Positions 35,404-47,821 of a stretch of 64,000 bases of DNA are shown piece by piece (the first letter of the stretch is position 1; every line of letters starts with the position of its first letter). The DNA is from Dehalococcoidia bacterium (GTDB taxonomy: Bacteria > Chloroflexota > Dehalococcoidia > Plut-88900): the NCBI GenBank assembly GCA_963668115.1, contig OY764147.1, positions 2,317,761-2,381,760 on the forward strand. Direction: 5' to 3'. The notes below the pieces were generated by a model, which made no database searches, had not been told where the DNA came from, and worked only from the letters and a program-made list of their open reading frames with translations. The position numbers and the translations under genes are program-made.

Positions 35404-37692
35404 TCATTCCGCCAGCAGGGCCTCCAGTATGTAGCGGGCCGCGGTCTTGTCCAGGGGCTCGTTGTTGTTGCCGCACTTGGGAGATTGGATGCAGCTGGGG
35501 CAGCCGTATTCACAGGGGCATCCTTCCAGGGTATCTAGGGTGGCCCGCCAGAGCTCCCGTATCAACTCAAAGCCCTTCTCCGTGATGCCGACTCCGCCCG
35601 GGTGGCCGTCGTAGATGAATATCTGGGGTCGAGCAGTGTCCATGTGCATGGGAGTCGAGAGCCCGCCGATGTCGGCGCGGTCGCACATGGCGAACATGGG
35701 GAGCAGGCCGATGGCTGCGTGCTCGGCGGCGTGGAGTCCGCCGGGTAAGTCCACGTGGTCGTCCATAATGCGGTTTTGGGCAGACTGCGGGATGTCGAAC
35801 CACAGGGCCTGCGTATGGTACACCTGCGACGGCAGGTCCAGTATCTCCTCTCCCAAAAACTCATCGGTAATCCGCTTCTTTTTCTTGAAGCCCCAGATGG
35901 TATTGGAGACCTCCACCCATCCCCGATACACCCCCACCCCCGCCGCCCGCTTCTCCTCTTCGACCTGGACTATTCGGATGTCGGTGTTGTGGTTTGTCTG
36001 GGTGTAGTAGTCGACGTCCGTGGGTCGGGCGAAGGCTAATCCCGCTTCCAAGTTAAGGTCGGTCACGAGGAAGGACTCTCCCTGGTGAAGGTAGACGGCC
36101 CCCGGGTGGACCTGAGAGAAGGCGGTGGCTTCGTCTACGGTCTCGATGACCCGGCCCGTACCCTCGACCACCACCTGATAGTTGCTCCTGGACGCCGAGC
36201 GGATGTTGACTTCCTCGGCGGGATAGTCGATCTCCGGGGATACGTGCCACCGACCCCTCATCTCCCTCAGCGCACCCTCGGTCTCCAGGCGCTTTACAAT
36301 CTCTTTTATCCCCTCCCCGAACAGCTTGTGGTCAAGGTTAGCCAGCGGCCATTCGTAGGCGGCGCAAAGCAGGTGCGGCTCCAGGATGTAGGGGTTGGAC
36401 GGAGAAACCAGGGCATGCTCGTGCGCCTTGTCGAAGAAGTCCGACGGGTTGCGCATGAAATACTGGTCCAGCGGGTTGGCCTGCCCGATCATCACCGTCA
36501 AAGACCCATCGCCCCTACGCCCGCTTCGTCCGGCCTGCTGCCACGCGCTGGCGATGGTGCCCGGGTAGCCCGTCAGGATAGTTGCGTCCAGGTCTCCGAT
36601 GTCGACGCCCAACTCCAGGGCGTTGGTGGCGCAGACCCCGAGAAGGTCGCCGTCTATCAGGCCTCGCTCTATCCTGCGCCGGTCCTCGGCCAGGTAGCCC
36701 GCGCGGTAGGGGCTGATGCGCCGGCTCAGCTCGGGGATGGTCAGGTCAAAACTCTCCCGGGAGTACATGTAGATAAGCTCGGCCACGCGTCGGGTGCGGG
36801 CGAAGGCCAGGGTCCTGACCCCTCGGGCCACGAGTTTCGTGAAGAGGAACGTGGCCTCGGTGGTGGCGCTGCGGCGGATACTGCGGGCCTCGTCGATGAT
36901 CGGGGGGTTCCAGAAAGTGAAGGTCTTGTGTCCGCTGGGCGACCCGTCTTCCGACACAACCTCAAAAGGCCGCCCGACCAGGGTCTCGGCATGCTGTTTA
37001 GGGTTCGCAATGGTCGCCGAGCAGAGGATGAACTGGGGAGAAGAGCCGTACAGTTTGCAGACCCTCCGCAGTCGGCGCAGGATGTTGGCCACGTGAGACC
37101 CGAAGACGCCCCTGTAGACGTGGGCCTCGTCGATCACCACGTACTTCAGCTTGCTAAGAAGCCGACTCCAGTTCTTGTGGTTGGGGAGGATGCCAAAGTG
37201 GAGCATGTCCGGGTTGGTCAGCACTATCTGTGCCAACCTCCTGATGCGGCCGCGTTCCTCCCTAGGCGTGTCTCCGTCGAAGGTGCTGACGTTGATCTTT
37301 CCCAAGCCTTTGTCGGCGTCAAGGAGCTCCTTCAATGCCCGCCACTGGTCCTGGGCGAGGGCCTTGGTAGGGAACATGTAGAGCGCCGCCGAAGCGCGCT
37401 CCTCCAGGATACGAGTCAGCACGGCAGCGTTATAGACCAAGCTCTTGCCGCTGGCCGCGGGCGTTGCAACCATTACGTTGGAGCCTTCGGACAGGAATTC
37501 AAGGGCCTGGGCCTGGTGGGAGAAGAGCCTGTCCAGCCCCAACTCTTCAAGAGCCCTTTCCAACGCAGGCTTGAATTTTGTCCGCCCGATGCTGAAAGAG
37601 GGCTGCTTCCTCGCTATGGACTGGACGTGGACTATCTGCCCGTCGTAGTCGGGGTGGCGCCTGATTGTGGATAAAACGTCCTTGGAGTCCAA
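35404..37692 (-). CDS. DEAD/DEAH-box helicase with a C-terminal DUF1998 zinc-binding domain (MrfA/YprA-like)
   Basis: Walker A (TPAASGKS), DEAH box (VIDEAHVYRG), a helicase C domain, and a C-terminal CPCEYGCPSCIQSPKCGNNN cysteine cluster typical of DUF1998. Confidence 0.8.
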   Translation of the reverse strand: MDSKDVLSTIRRHPDYDGQIVHVQSIARKQPSFSIGRTKFKPALERALEELGLDRLFSHQAQALEFLSEGSNVMVATPAASGKSLVYNAAVLTRILEERASAALYMFPTKALAQDQWRALKELLDADKGLGKINVSTFDGDTPREERGRIRRLAQIVLTNPDMLHFGILPNHKNWSRLLSKLKYVVIDEAHVYRGVFGSHVANILRRLRRVCKLYGSSPQFILCSATIANPKQHAETLVGRPFEVVSEDGSPSGHKTFTFWNPPIIDEARSIRRSATTEATFLFTKLVARGVRTLAFARTRRVAELIYMYSRESFDLTIPELSRRISPYRAGYLAEDRRRIERGLIDGDLLGVCATNALELGVDIGDLDATILTGYPGTIASAWQQAGRSGRRGDGSLTVMIGQANPLDQYFMRNPSDFFDKAHEHALVSPSNPYILEPHLLCAAYEWPLANLDHKLFGEGIKEIVKRLETEGALREMRGRWHVSPEIDYPAEEVNIRSASRSNYQVVVEGTGRVIETVDEATAFSQVHPGAVYLHQGESFLVTDLNLEAGLAFARPTDVDYYTQTNHNTDIRIVQVEEEKRAAGVGVYRGWVEVSNTIWGFKKKKRITDEFLGEEILDLPSQVYHTQALWFDIPQSAQNRIMDDHVDLPGGLHAAEHAAIGLLPMFAMCDRADIGGLSTPMHMDTARPQIFIYDGHPGGVGITEKGFELIRELWRATLDTLEGCPCEYGCPSCIQSPKCGNNNEPLDKTAARYILEALLAE

Positions 37693-37715
37693 GTGCAGTC
37701 ACCGGTGCCGGGTCT

Positions 37716-38009
37716 CTAGAAGACCTCCAGAAGCTCGGTCTGGTAGTCGAGCACCTCGGAGTCCTGGGCGGTGGCCTCTATGAAGCTCAGGACCCGGTAG
37801 AGGACGTCGTTTACGAAGGTGGCGTCGTTGCCCACGCAGCTGAACCCGATGGTCGCGGCTTGCCAGAGGTCCAGGTCGTCCACCTCGGCGATGGAGATGT
37901 TGAATTTGTTCTGCGCCCGAGTCATCAGGGACTTGATTATCCGCCGCTTCCCCTTGAGGGACCCGTTCTCCGGCAACCGGAGCCTTATCACGCAAACGCC
38001 AGTCTTCAT
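37716..38009 (-). CDS. DUF503 (YlxP-like) family protein
   Basis: 97 aa. The pattern VCVIRLRLPENGSLKGKRRIIKSL…FNISIAEVDDLDLWQAATIGFSCVGND matches DUF503. Confidence 0.5.
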   Translation of the reverse strand: MKTGVCVIRLRLPENGSLKGKRRIIKSLMTRAQNKFNISIAEVDDLDLWQAATIGFSCVGNDATFVNDVLYRVLSFIEATAQDSEVLDYQTELLEVF

Positions 38010-38045
38010 AGCTGAAAGGTGAGTCGGAATGAGGGTGAAAGTCCC

Positions 38046-39071
38046 TCACAACATCACGATTATGATACCACCCATGGTGATCAGGATTCCCACCCCCGCC
38101 CGAATGTTCAACCTCTCCCTAAGCACGATCATCGACAGGGGGGCGAGTATAAGAAGCTGGGCGTTGAATATCACCATGGTCACCGCGGCTCCAGCCTCTT
38201 TCAGGGCTACGAACATGAAGGTAGTCCCGAGTCCCAGGCTCAGGCTTCCCGACAGCACACCCAACCCCACATTCAACCGGTTCAACCTGGGGCCGCGGGG
38301 GTGGAGAGCACGGGTGTGGATGCTATTGTCACCGCTTCTAGTCGGATGGGGGTGATGGGTCTCGGGGGTGGGGTGGTAGGCGACGTTGGGCTGGGCGATC
38401 CTACGCTCTCGCCTGTGCCCCGACGCCTCGGCCGTCAGCCTCATCCCCTGCTGCATCCCCAGTGCCGTGATCAAAAATGCCGATATCACCACCATCCTGG
38501 CAGCGTTGCCGGTGAAGGGGTCGACCTCCCGCAATCCTTCCCGCATGAAACCCACTCCCGTCACCCAAAGCGTCACTATGAACAAGAGCGTCAGGAACTT
38601 CCTGGGATTCAGCAGGCTCTTCTCGGGCTCCGTAGAAGAAGACCCCGTCTGGCCCAGCAGGTAAATCCCGCCGATTACTAGGGCGGTTCCCAAGAGAGTC
38701 AGAAGGGTCACGTCCTCATCGAGGAGGAGGGCTCCCGCCCCGACCATGAGCAGCGTGTTCAGGGCCTGGGCCATGGTGCTGGTCTTGGCCACGTCCACCG
38801 TGCGGATAAACCTGAGGAAGATCGTGTCCCCAACAAGGGTGGTTATCAGGCCTCCGCCTACTATCAAAGCCAGGCTGTCGTAGGCGACAGAGGGGAGGTC
38901 GTCAGCAGCGCCGGCGGCGAAATAGAGGATGAGAAGGAAGGTGGCTGCACCGGTGGTCCGTGTGGCGTTCAGCGACACCACGTCCATCCGTCGGGTGAGG
39001 TACTTGTTCAGGACGCTGCTGCAGGCGACTGTCGCCGCAGCAAGCAGGGCCATCAGCTCACCGATGCCCAA
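38046..39071 (-). CDS. DMT-superfamily (EamA-like) transporter
   Basis: Two blocks of about 5 TM helices each, with an unusually hydrophilic central loop. Confidence 0.6.
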   Translation of the reverse strand: MGIGELMALLAAATVACSSVLNKYLTRRMDVVSLNATRTTGAATFLLILYFAAGAADDLPSVAYDSLALIVGGGLITTLVGDTIFLRFIRTVDVAKTSTMAQALNTLLMVGAGALLLDEDVTLLTLLGTALVIGGIYLLGQTGSSSTEPEKSLLNPRKFLTLLFIVTLWVTGVGFMREGLREVDPFTGNAARMVVISAFLITALGMQQGMRLTAEASGHRRERRIAQPNVAYHPTPETHHPHPTRSGDNSIHTRALHPRGPRLNRLNVGLGVLSGSLSLGLGTTFMFVALKEAGAAVTMVIFNAQLLILAPLSMIVLRERLNIRAGVGILITMGGIIIVML

Positions 39072-39092
39072 ATCACGCGCCCTTTCATGTCC

Positions 39093-40490
39093 TCATAGTA
39101 CCACCAGCACGACTCCCACCACCGTTGCCCCTATCCCGGCCAGTGTCTTCCAGCTTAACCTCTCTCGCAATACAAATGCCGACATCAGGGCTATCCAGAC
39201 CAGCTGGGTGCTCATGAGGACCTGGGTCACGGCAAGCCCGACTTTTTGCAGAGCCACGAGCATCAGGAAGCTGGCCAGCCCCATGGAAAGCGCTCCACTG
39301 ACCACTGGGAACAGAACGGGGAGGAAACTCCTGCGCCCCATCTTCATCACCCTGACTCTTCCAGTCCCGATGAGCGGACCCCCACCCCCGAGGGGTGGCC
39401 CTAACCCGACGCGCACCTTTTCATCGGGAGGATGCAGCGCGATTTCGACCCGCTGGGTCCTGGCCCAGTGACCCGTCCATCGTGCCGACGCCACCTCCGG
39501 CATGGCGGTGAGGGTGGCCTCCGGGGCGTACACGCCGGGCAGGTCTATCCGGAAACGGAGCCCTCCCCTCCCCCTTCCCTTCTCAACCTGCACGAGATCG
39601 CCGCCCAGTGCCCGGATACCTTCGCCAAGCCTGTCCAACTGCTCCCAGTAGACCGGCGGCCGGATGCGCGCCGGTATGTGCCGCACCGACGGCTGACGCG
39701 GCGCCCGGGGCTTGGCCCAGTAGGGAATATGCAGCATCCTGGGCCTGTAGAAAAGGTGAGCCAGAGGTCCCGGGCCATGCAACCGCGATGTTCTTCTCTG
39801 ACGCCGGGCAAGGCTCTTGGGCGAGGGGGTGGGGGCGCGGGTGTCGCTGCCGAGCAAAAAGTCCATGTTGGTTGTCGCCATCATCGAAAGGACCAGAACC
39901 ACCGGGACCAGTCTGACGGCGTTTACCAGGACTGCTCCCGCTTCATCCACCGCGAACTTCTGCAGGAGTGTTCCACCCGTCCAGGTCGCCACAATAAACA
40001 GCAGGACCAGCATTCCCTTCAGTCCCAGCCATTTGGCCTGGGATGCCTCCACCTGCCTCCTCTGTGAGAAGGTCAGCACGTACATCCCGACGACTATAGC
40101 CGCTATACCAACCAATCTGAGGGGGGAGGAGTCCTCCTTGAGGAGTACGAGCCCGATGAACACTGCGAGCAATGCCTGCAGGCCGCTCATGATTGGCGAG
40201 GCCTTACTGACGTCCACGGAGGTCAGAAACCGGAAGTAGAGGGGCATCCCGATGCACAGTGCAAGCACCGACCCTGCAGCGCTCAGCGCGAGGTAGGCCG
40301 TCGGGGTGTTTGGAAGCTTGGAAGCCTCGCCGGTGATGAACGTCAGCACTAGGGCAAACAGCGCGCCGCCCGTCACCCCCAGCGCCGACATGGGCAGGGG
40401 AAGGAACCTGCGCGTCATTAGCTTGTCGATAACCGCCGTTACGGCAAAGATGAAGGCGGCCAGCAGCATCGCCAGCTCTCCGACAGGCAT
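39093..40490 (-). CDS. DMT-superfamily (EamA-like) transporter with an Arg/Pro-rich cytoplasmic insertion of about 170 aa between TM7 and TM8
   Basis: 7 N-terminal and 3 C-terminal hydrophobic helices. The central region is hydrophilic and low-complexity, and a long shadow ORF lies on the opposite strand. Confidence 0.55.
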   Translation of the reverse strand: MPVGELAMLLAAFIFAVTAVIDKLMTRRFLPLPMSALGVTGGALFALVLTFITGEASKLPNTPTAYLALSAAGSVLALCIGMPLYFRFLTSVDVSKASPIMSGLQALLAVFIGLVLLKEDSSPLRLVGIAAIVVGMYVLTFSQRRQVEASQAKWLGLKGMLVLLFIVATWTGGTLLQKFAVDEAGAVLVNAVRLVPVVLVLSMMATTNMDFLLGSDTRAPTPSPKSLARRQRRTSRLHGPGPLAHLFYRPRMLHIPYWAKPRAPRQPSVRHIPARIRPPVYWEQLDRLGEGIRALGGDLVQVEKGRGRGGLRFRIDLPGVYAPEATLTAMPEVASARWTGHWARTQRVEIALHPPDEKVRVGLGPPLGGGGPLIGTGRVRVMKMGRRSFLPVLFPVVSGALSMGLASFLMLVALQKVGLAVTQVLMSTQLVWIALMSAFVLRERLSWKTLAGIGATVVGVVLVVL

Positions 40491-40737
40491 CCAGGTCAGC
40501 CTTTCTCCTGCTCTCTGGCGCCCACCTCGCCTCCCCTTACCTTCATTCTGCTCATCTCATCCTTTCGATATCCGGTGGCGGAGGACGGTCACTACATTCC
40601 CATCGAGTCCCGGTTTTGAGCGCGTGAAACAATAGTCCCGAAGTGACCCGTTTACAATAGCAATTACGGTGAGTTTGGGAAGGGAAATCGGACTGAAATG
40701 ACGGTGCACGGGACGCGGGAACCGGGCGGGGAAAGCC

Positions 40738-40766
40738 TTGACAGCCCTAGGGTGGCGTCATATACT
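40738..40766 (+). promoter_or_regulatory. consensus sigma70-like promoter (TTGACA, 17-bp spacer, TATACT) about 190 bp upstream of the 23S rRNA gene
   Basis: cTTGACAgccctagggtggcgtcaTATACTtcc is seen directly. The spacer length is optimal. Confidence 0.5.
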
Positions 40767-40952
40767 TCCCGTTACACCTCAGACAGACAGGTATCGCCGG
40801 GACTTCCGGCTCAACACCCAATTGACGTACTGACAATCCACAACAACCTGATGAGTACTCGGTAGCGGCTCGAGGAACATCGGGCCGCTTGTTTGTCTAA
40901 GGAGCACATTAACAACCGAATAGAGAAGAACGTTCTGTCCGGGTCTTAATGT

Positions 40953-44090
<3,138 letters not shown>

Positions 44091-44138
44091 TGCATTAAGA
44101 CACGCACAGAACGTTCAACTTCTCTATTCGGCACATGG

Positions 44139-44301
44139 CGCGGGGTGGAGCAGTGGTCCGCCACGGGCGGATCGGGCTGGAGCAGTGGTCCGCCGAGGGC
44201 GGATCGGTCTCGTAACCCGCCGCACCCGCGGATCGCAGACATCGCGGGGTGGAGCAGTGGTCCGCCGAGGGCGGATCGGGCTCATAACCCGCCGCAGACA
44301 T
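44139..44301 (+). repeat. three degenerate tandem partial copies of the 5' half of the initiator tRNA-Met (each begins CGCGGGGTGGAGCAGTGG then TCCGCC(G/A)(A/C)GGGCGGATCGG; the third retains the CTCATAA anticodon loop)
   Basis: 18-nt identity to the tRNA 5' end at 44139, about 44183 (partial) and 44243. Each copy carries an inserted palindrome TCCGCCgagGGCGGA. Confidence 0.7.
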
Positions 44302-44376
44302 CGCGGGGTGGAGCAGTGGCAGCTCGTCGGGCTCATAACCCGAAGGTCGTTGGTTCGAATCCAACCCCCGCTACCA
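44302..44376 (+). tRNA. initiator tRNA-Met (CAU anticodon)
   Basis: CGCGGGGTGGAGCAG…TCGGGCTCATAACCCGAAGG…GGTTCGAATCCAACCCCCGCTACCA. Matches the E. coli tRNA-fMet layout, including the three G:C pairs in the anticodon stem and an encoded CCA. Confidence 0.85.
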
Positions 44377-44381
44377 AGACA
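44358..44381 (+). repeat. 24-bp direct repeat, copy 1 (AATCCAACCCCCGCTACCAAGACA, the 3' end of the tRNA-Met); the second copy is at 45208-45231
   Basis: Exact 24-bp identity between the two loci, about 830 bp apart and bracketing the vapBC cassette. This is the att-like signature of an integration at the tRNA 3' end. Confidence 0.8.
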
Positions 44382-44387
44382 GAAAAA

Positions 44388-44420
44388 GGCCCCCGAGATT
44401 TCTCGGGGGCCTTGTCTTTG
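44388..44420 (+). terminator. rho-independent terminator after the tRNA
   Basis: aaaaaGGCCCCCGAGatttCTCGGGGGCCttgtcttt. Confidence 0.6.
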
Positions 44421-44495
44421 CGGCCGGGCAATGTGGTTGCGGGGCCGACCGGATATTGCTTGACCATAAGCTGACGTATGGGTAGTATGGGATAC

Positions 44496-44744
44496 ATGAA
44501 GACCACTATTGACATACACGACGAATTGCTTGCGCGCGCAAAGCGACATGCGCGCAATACAGGCCGACCACTTCGCGCAGTGGTTGAAGACGGTCTTCGG
44601 CGGGCGCTTTCGGCGGGGGATAATCACGAAGGGTACATTCTGCCCGACCATAGCATGGGTCAATCCGGGGGGAGAGACCCCCTGGAAGCGTACTCCTGGC
44701 AGGACCTCCGGGAGATCATCTACGGAGACCTTGAAGGCCGATGA
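44496..44744 (+). CDS. vapB: type II antitoxin, VapB-like (ribbon-helix-helix/CopG type)
   Basis: 82 aa, basic/acidic ([38 protein letters not shown]). Overlaps the downstream PIN gene by 4 bp (ATGA). Confidence 0.65.
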   Translation: MKTTIDIHDELLARAKRHARNTGRPLRAVVEDGLRRALSAGDNHEGYILPDHSMGQSGGRDPLEAYSWQDLREIIYGDLEGR

Positions 44745-45181
44745 TCGCTCTGGATACAAACCTGCTTGTGTATGCGCACCGGCGTGAATCCAGACACCAT
44801 CAGGCCGCCTTTTCGCTGTTACGGAGCCTAGCGGAAGGCAACCATGCGTGGGCCATTCCCTGGCCTTGTTGCTACGAATTTCTCAGCGTTGTCACCAATC
44901 CTCGCATCTGGAGGGACAGCGCCACGAGTCCCGAGCAATCGTGGCGTCAGCTGGCGGCCTGGATGGATTCCCCCTCAATCCGCCTGATAGGGGAGACGGG
45001 GGACTTTCCTGCGATATTGGAGAGCTTTATACGACGCCCCCGCGTTATAGGAGGAGTTGTCCACGATGCGAGGATAGCTGCAATATGCGTGGCCCACGGT
45101 GCGGAAGCTCTGTTGACAAGAGATCGTGACTTCTCACTGTTTCCCGAACTCAAGACCCGGGACCCGATTGCGGAGGGCTAG
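44741..45181 (+). CDS. vapC: type II toxin VapC (PIN-domain ribonuclease)
   Basis: N-terminal [11 protein letters not shown] (first PIN Asp), C-terminal TRDRDF acidic residues. 146 aa. Confidence 0.8.
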   Translation: MIALDTNLLVYAHRRESRHHQAAFSLLRSLAEGNHAWAIPWPCCYEFLSVVTNPRIWRDSATSPEQSWRQLAAWMDSPSIRLIGETGDFPAILESFIRRPRVIGGVVHDARIAAICVAHGAEALLTRDRDFSLFPELKTRDPIAEG

Positions 45182-45207
45182 CGTAAGCGCACCGCATAGA
45201 ACGGTCT

Positions 45208-45231
45208 AATCCAACCCCCGCTACCAAGACA
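45208..45231 (+). repeat. 24-bp direct repeat, copy 2 (duplicate of the tRNA-Met 3' end)
   Basis: Identical to 44358-44381. Confidence 0.8.
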
Positions 45232-45236
45232 TAAAA

Positions 45237-45461
45237 ATGACCAGCCAGTTGGGGGCTTTTGATAAGAGGAGGCAATCTATGTTTAGAATCATTACCGAAA
45301 GCAGTGAAAACCACGACATTTCCATGATCGTATGTAAGACTCCCTCCTTAGACGAGGCTTACCGGGCTTTTAAGGACGCATGCAAGAATCAAAGGGAAGG
45401 GGTAACCGTCATACTGTGTGCCACAATAGCAAGCGATGGCCCAGACGCTCCCAACGCCTAG
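45237..45461 (+). CDS. hypothetical small protein (lower-GC ORF)
   Basis: 74-aa ORF with protein-like composition, followed by a palindromic terminator-like sequence at about 45480-45515. No recognisable motif. Confidence 0.3.
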   Translation: MTSQLGAFDKRRQSMFRIITESSENHDISMIVCKTPSLDEAYRAFKDACKNQREGVTVILCATIASDGPDAPNA

Positions 45462-45557
45462 CTATCAATGCCACGCGGAAAGGCCCCCGACGGCAGGCTG
45501 GTCGCGGGCCTTTTTCTGTCTATTTGTGAGGGATACCGAACCCGCGAGAGGGAATTT

Positions 45558-46838
45558 CTAATCCGTTAGCCAGAGGAAGCGGCGATCCTCCGCACCGTAT
45601 CCGGGCTGGTGTATCAGGAGTAGACCCCGTTCATCCTCTGGTATCTCGAAGCAAACGCTGCCCTCTACCCGGCCTCCAGGGAAGATTTCACGATTGAGCT
45701 CGTCCGGAATGAGACCGCAATCCTCACTAAATGAGGTGTATACCACCCTATTATTTCCAATGAGTTCGAAGTCATAGGCAGAGGATTCGACAGATTGCAA
45801 GGCATCCGAAGGGTTTGTAATTTCTAGCCGAATCATGAAGAAGCGGTTGCCCTCTCCAGGAGGATCGTTGTACCGATTTTCTGCATACACAAGCGACCAT
45901 GCATCCGCTATTGTGCTGACAACACGAATCTGCGTACCATCAGACCCCGTCATGACCTCGCCTTGCGCATATGCGTCGTCCAATGTACCTCCTGGCGGAG
46001 GAACCGGGTCACCAACACTATAGCCGATAAACGAGTCCCCATCACGGTCAATTTCGTAGTGATAGGTCAAGAATACGTCTCCGCCCTGACTCATCTTAGC
46101 CTCGGCCTTGCAACGCAAGAGTTTAGCTGTTCGCTCTACTTCCTCAATCTTGTCGGTATACAATTTCAGGATGCGAGGTGAAAATGAACTCTCATTGTCT
46201 TCTGACAATTCGATTATTTCATCGATGAACCACTCATCATTGCATGTTTGGGAGGAGGCTATCGTTAGCTTCACGGTGATGGTGAAGGTAGCGCGGACTG
46301 TGGGGTTTGAGTCGTCGTTGGCGGATATGGTAACCCTATAATCCTTGGCAGAGGCTTGTGAGCTTATTGTGCCGACCACTTGGCCTGACTGGTATGAGAG
46401 GCCAGGGGGTAGGCCGGAAAGTCTCACGGCTGGAGTGTCCTCTGCATCGGTAACCGTTATATCAAAGGCTGTGATCGTCTCGCCCTGATCGTAGCTCTTG
46501 TTGCCAGGGTTAGTGATTATCGGTCGAGAGTTTGGTATTGGCGTAGGCGTAGGTACAGGTGTTGGGCGGGGTGTAGCAGTGGGTTCGGGGGTAGCAGTAG
46601 GCACGGGTGTAGAGGTAGGGCGTGGCGTTGCAGTGGGATCAGGAGTCTCAGTCGGAGCTAGCGTTGGAGTGGGCGTCTGGGTCGGAGTAGGTACAGCAGC
46701 TTCCGTGGGCGCGGCAGTAGCCACCGAACCAGGCGTTTCAGACGCACACCCGAACACCATTACCAGAATGGCAATCAGCGTTGCCGAGATGCAAAAGAGC
46801 TTGATGGTGGAGCGGAACGGGATTCCGGCTGTGTGCAT
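45558..46838 (-). CDS. lipoprotein with a long Pro/Thr-rich repetitive linker and a C-terminal DUF4352-like beta domain
   Basis: Lipobox MVFGCAS. TPTPT/ATPEPTATPRPT repeats. C-terminal region with the RFFMIRLEITN…GSVCFEIPED pattern. Confidence 0.55.
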   Translation of the reverse strand: MHTAGIPFRSTIKLFCISATLIAILVMVFGCASETPGSVATAAPTEAAVPTPTQTPTPTLAPTETPDPTATPRPTSTPVPTATPEPTATPRPTPVPTPTPIPNSRPIITNPGNKSYDQGETITAFDITVTDAEDTPAVRLSGLPPGLSYQSGQVVGTISSQASAKDYRVTISANDDSNPTVRATFTITVKLTIASSQTCNDEWFIDEIIELSEDNESSFSPRILKLYTDKIEEVERTAKLLRCKAEAKMSQGGDVFLTYHYEIDRDGDSFIGYSVGDPVPPPGGTLDDAYAQGEVMTGSDGTQIRVVSTIADAWSLVYAENRYNDPPGEGNRFFMIRLEITNPSDALQSVESSAYDFELIGNNRVVYTSFSEDCGLIPDELNREIFPGGRVEGSVCFEIPEDERGLLLIHQPGYGAEDRRFLWLTD

Positions 46839-47107
46839 GGCAGGCCGCCTTTGCAGGACAGGTTATTGTCCGGCCCGCTAAAGGGGATGGCCTGTCGGAA
46901 ACGCAGTGTCCCAACAAGGTGCCCCCTCGCGACGGGCAGGGTTTCCTGCTAGAGACACCGTTGCCAGCACTGGGGTCACAAGGGGGCATGGGAGAAGCCC
47001 ATGCCTATACACCCTGGCACGGACGGTGCCCGGTGTCTGTCGCAGGGCGGAATCTAGCACAAACGCCTTTGCGTGTCGATACCCGGCAACCTCCCACCTG
47101 TCCAATA

Positions 47108-47160
47108 CAAAAAGCGAGGAGCGGACGCCTTGGACGTCCGCTCCTCGCCTACTTTTTTCT
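47108..47160. terminator. bidirectional rho-independent terminator downstream of marR
   Basis: aaaaaGCGAGGAGCGGACGccttggaCGTCCGCTCCTCGCctactttttt. Confidence 0.55.
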
Positions 47161-47200
47161 TGTGGGGGTGGGTGACTGTTACGCCGTCAATGCGCCCGCA

Positions 47201-47662
47201 TTACTCGCTCTCCGTCTCCTCCCCGGCCTCCGCATTCGCAGCTATCTTCTGTATCGTGCGCATGAATACCAGCTTTTCCTTCTCGGACACTCCCCTCAGG
47301 AGCAGGGCGTTGACGGCCTGCAACCGCCGGCCCAGCTCGGGCATGAGGTCAAGCCCTTCCTTGGTCAGGCTCAGCCTCACCACCCGCCGGTCGCTCCGCA
47401 GTCGCCGCCTTCGGATCAGGCCCTTTTTAACCAGCTCGTCTACGTTTCTGCTTATGGAAGCGGAGTCGATAGGTACAATCTGCATCAACCCCGTAACGGT
47501 GTTGGCCTGTTGTTGAAAGCAGGCCTCCAGGATGCTCCATTGCAGGGCCGTCAACTCGAAGGGCGCCAGTCTCTCCTCCACCAGCTTGGAATACGCGGAT
47601 ACCACCGTGGCCGCCAGGGGACCCAGGGGTGCGAAGGGAATCGGGATCGAGCCGGGATTCAT
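47201..47662 (-). CDS. MarR-family transcriptional regulator
   Basis: wHTH region TALQWSILEACFQQQANTVTGLMQIVPIDSASISRNVDELVKKGLIRRRRLRSDRRVVRLSLTKEG. Confidence 0.8.
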   Translation of the reverse strand: MNPGSIPIPFAPLGPLAATVVSAYSKLVEERLAPFELTALQWSILEACFQQQANTVTGLMQIVPIDSASISRNVDELVKKGLIRRRRLRSDRRVVRLSLTKEGLDLMPELGRRLQAVNALLLRGVSEKEKLVFMRTIQKIAANAEAGEETESE

Positions 47663-47821
47663 GAGTGGCGCAGCAACCTATGTTAAATCGATGTCCATCA
47701 CCCGAACGTAGACTGTGCCATTATATTCGAGCCAATAAAGGTGACAAGGGAAGAAGGTGTATAGGCCATTTATTCTCCCGAGATTTTCCTCTTTTAGCGG
47801 CGAGGCTCTATAATCCCCCCC

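Noticed and set aside
39432-40067. 211-aa ORF on the + strand inside the DMT transporter gene
   Set aside because: It is a shadow frame across the transporter's low-complexity insertion, with a His/Arg/Pro/Gly-rich translation and no start context.
44091-44138. Search for a 5S rRNA between the 23S and the tRNA
   Set aside because: Only 48 bp are available and none of the 5S conserved blocks is present.
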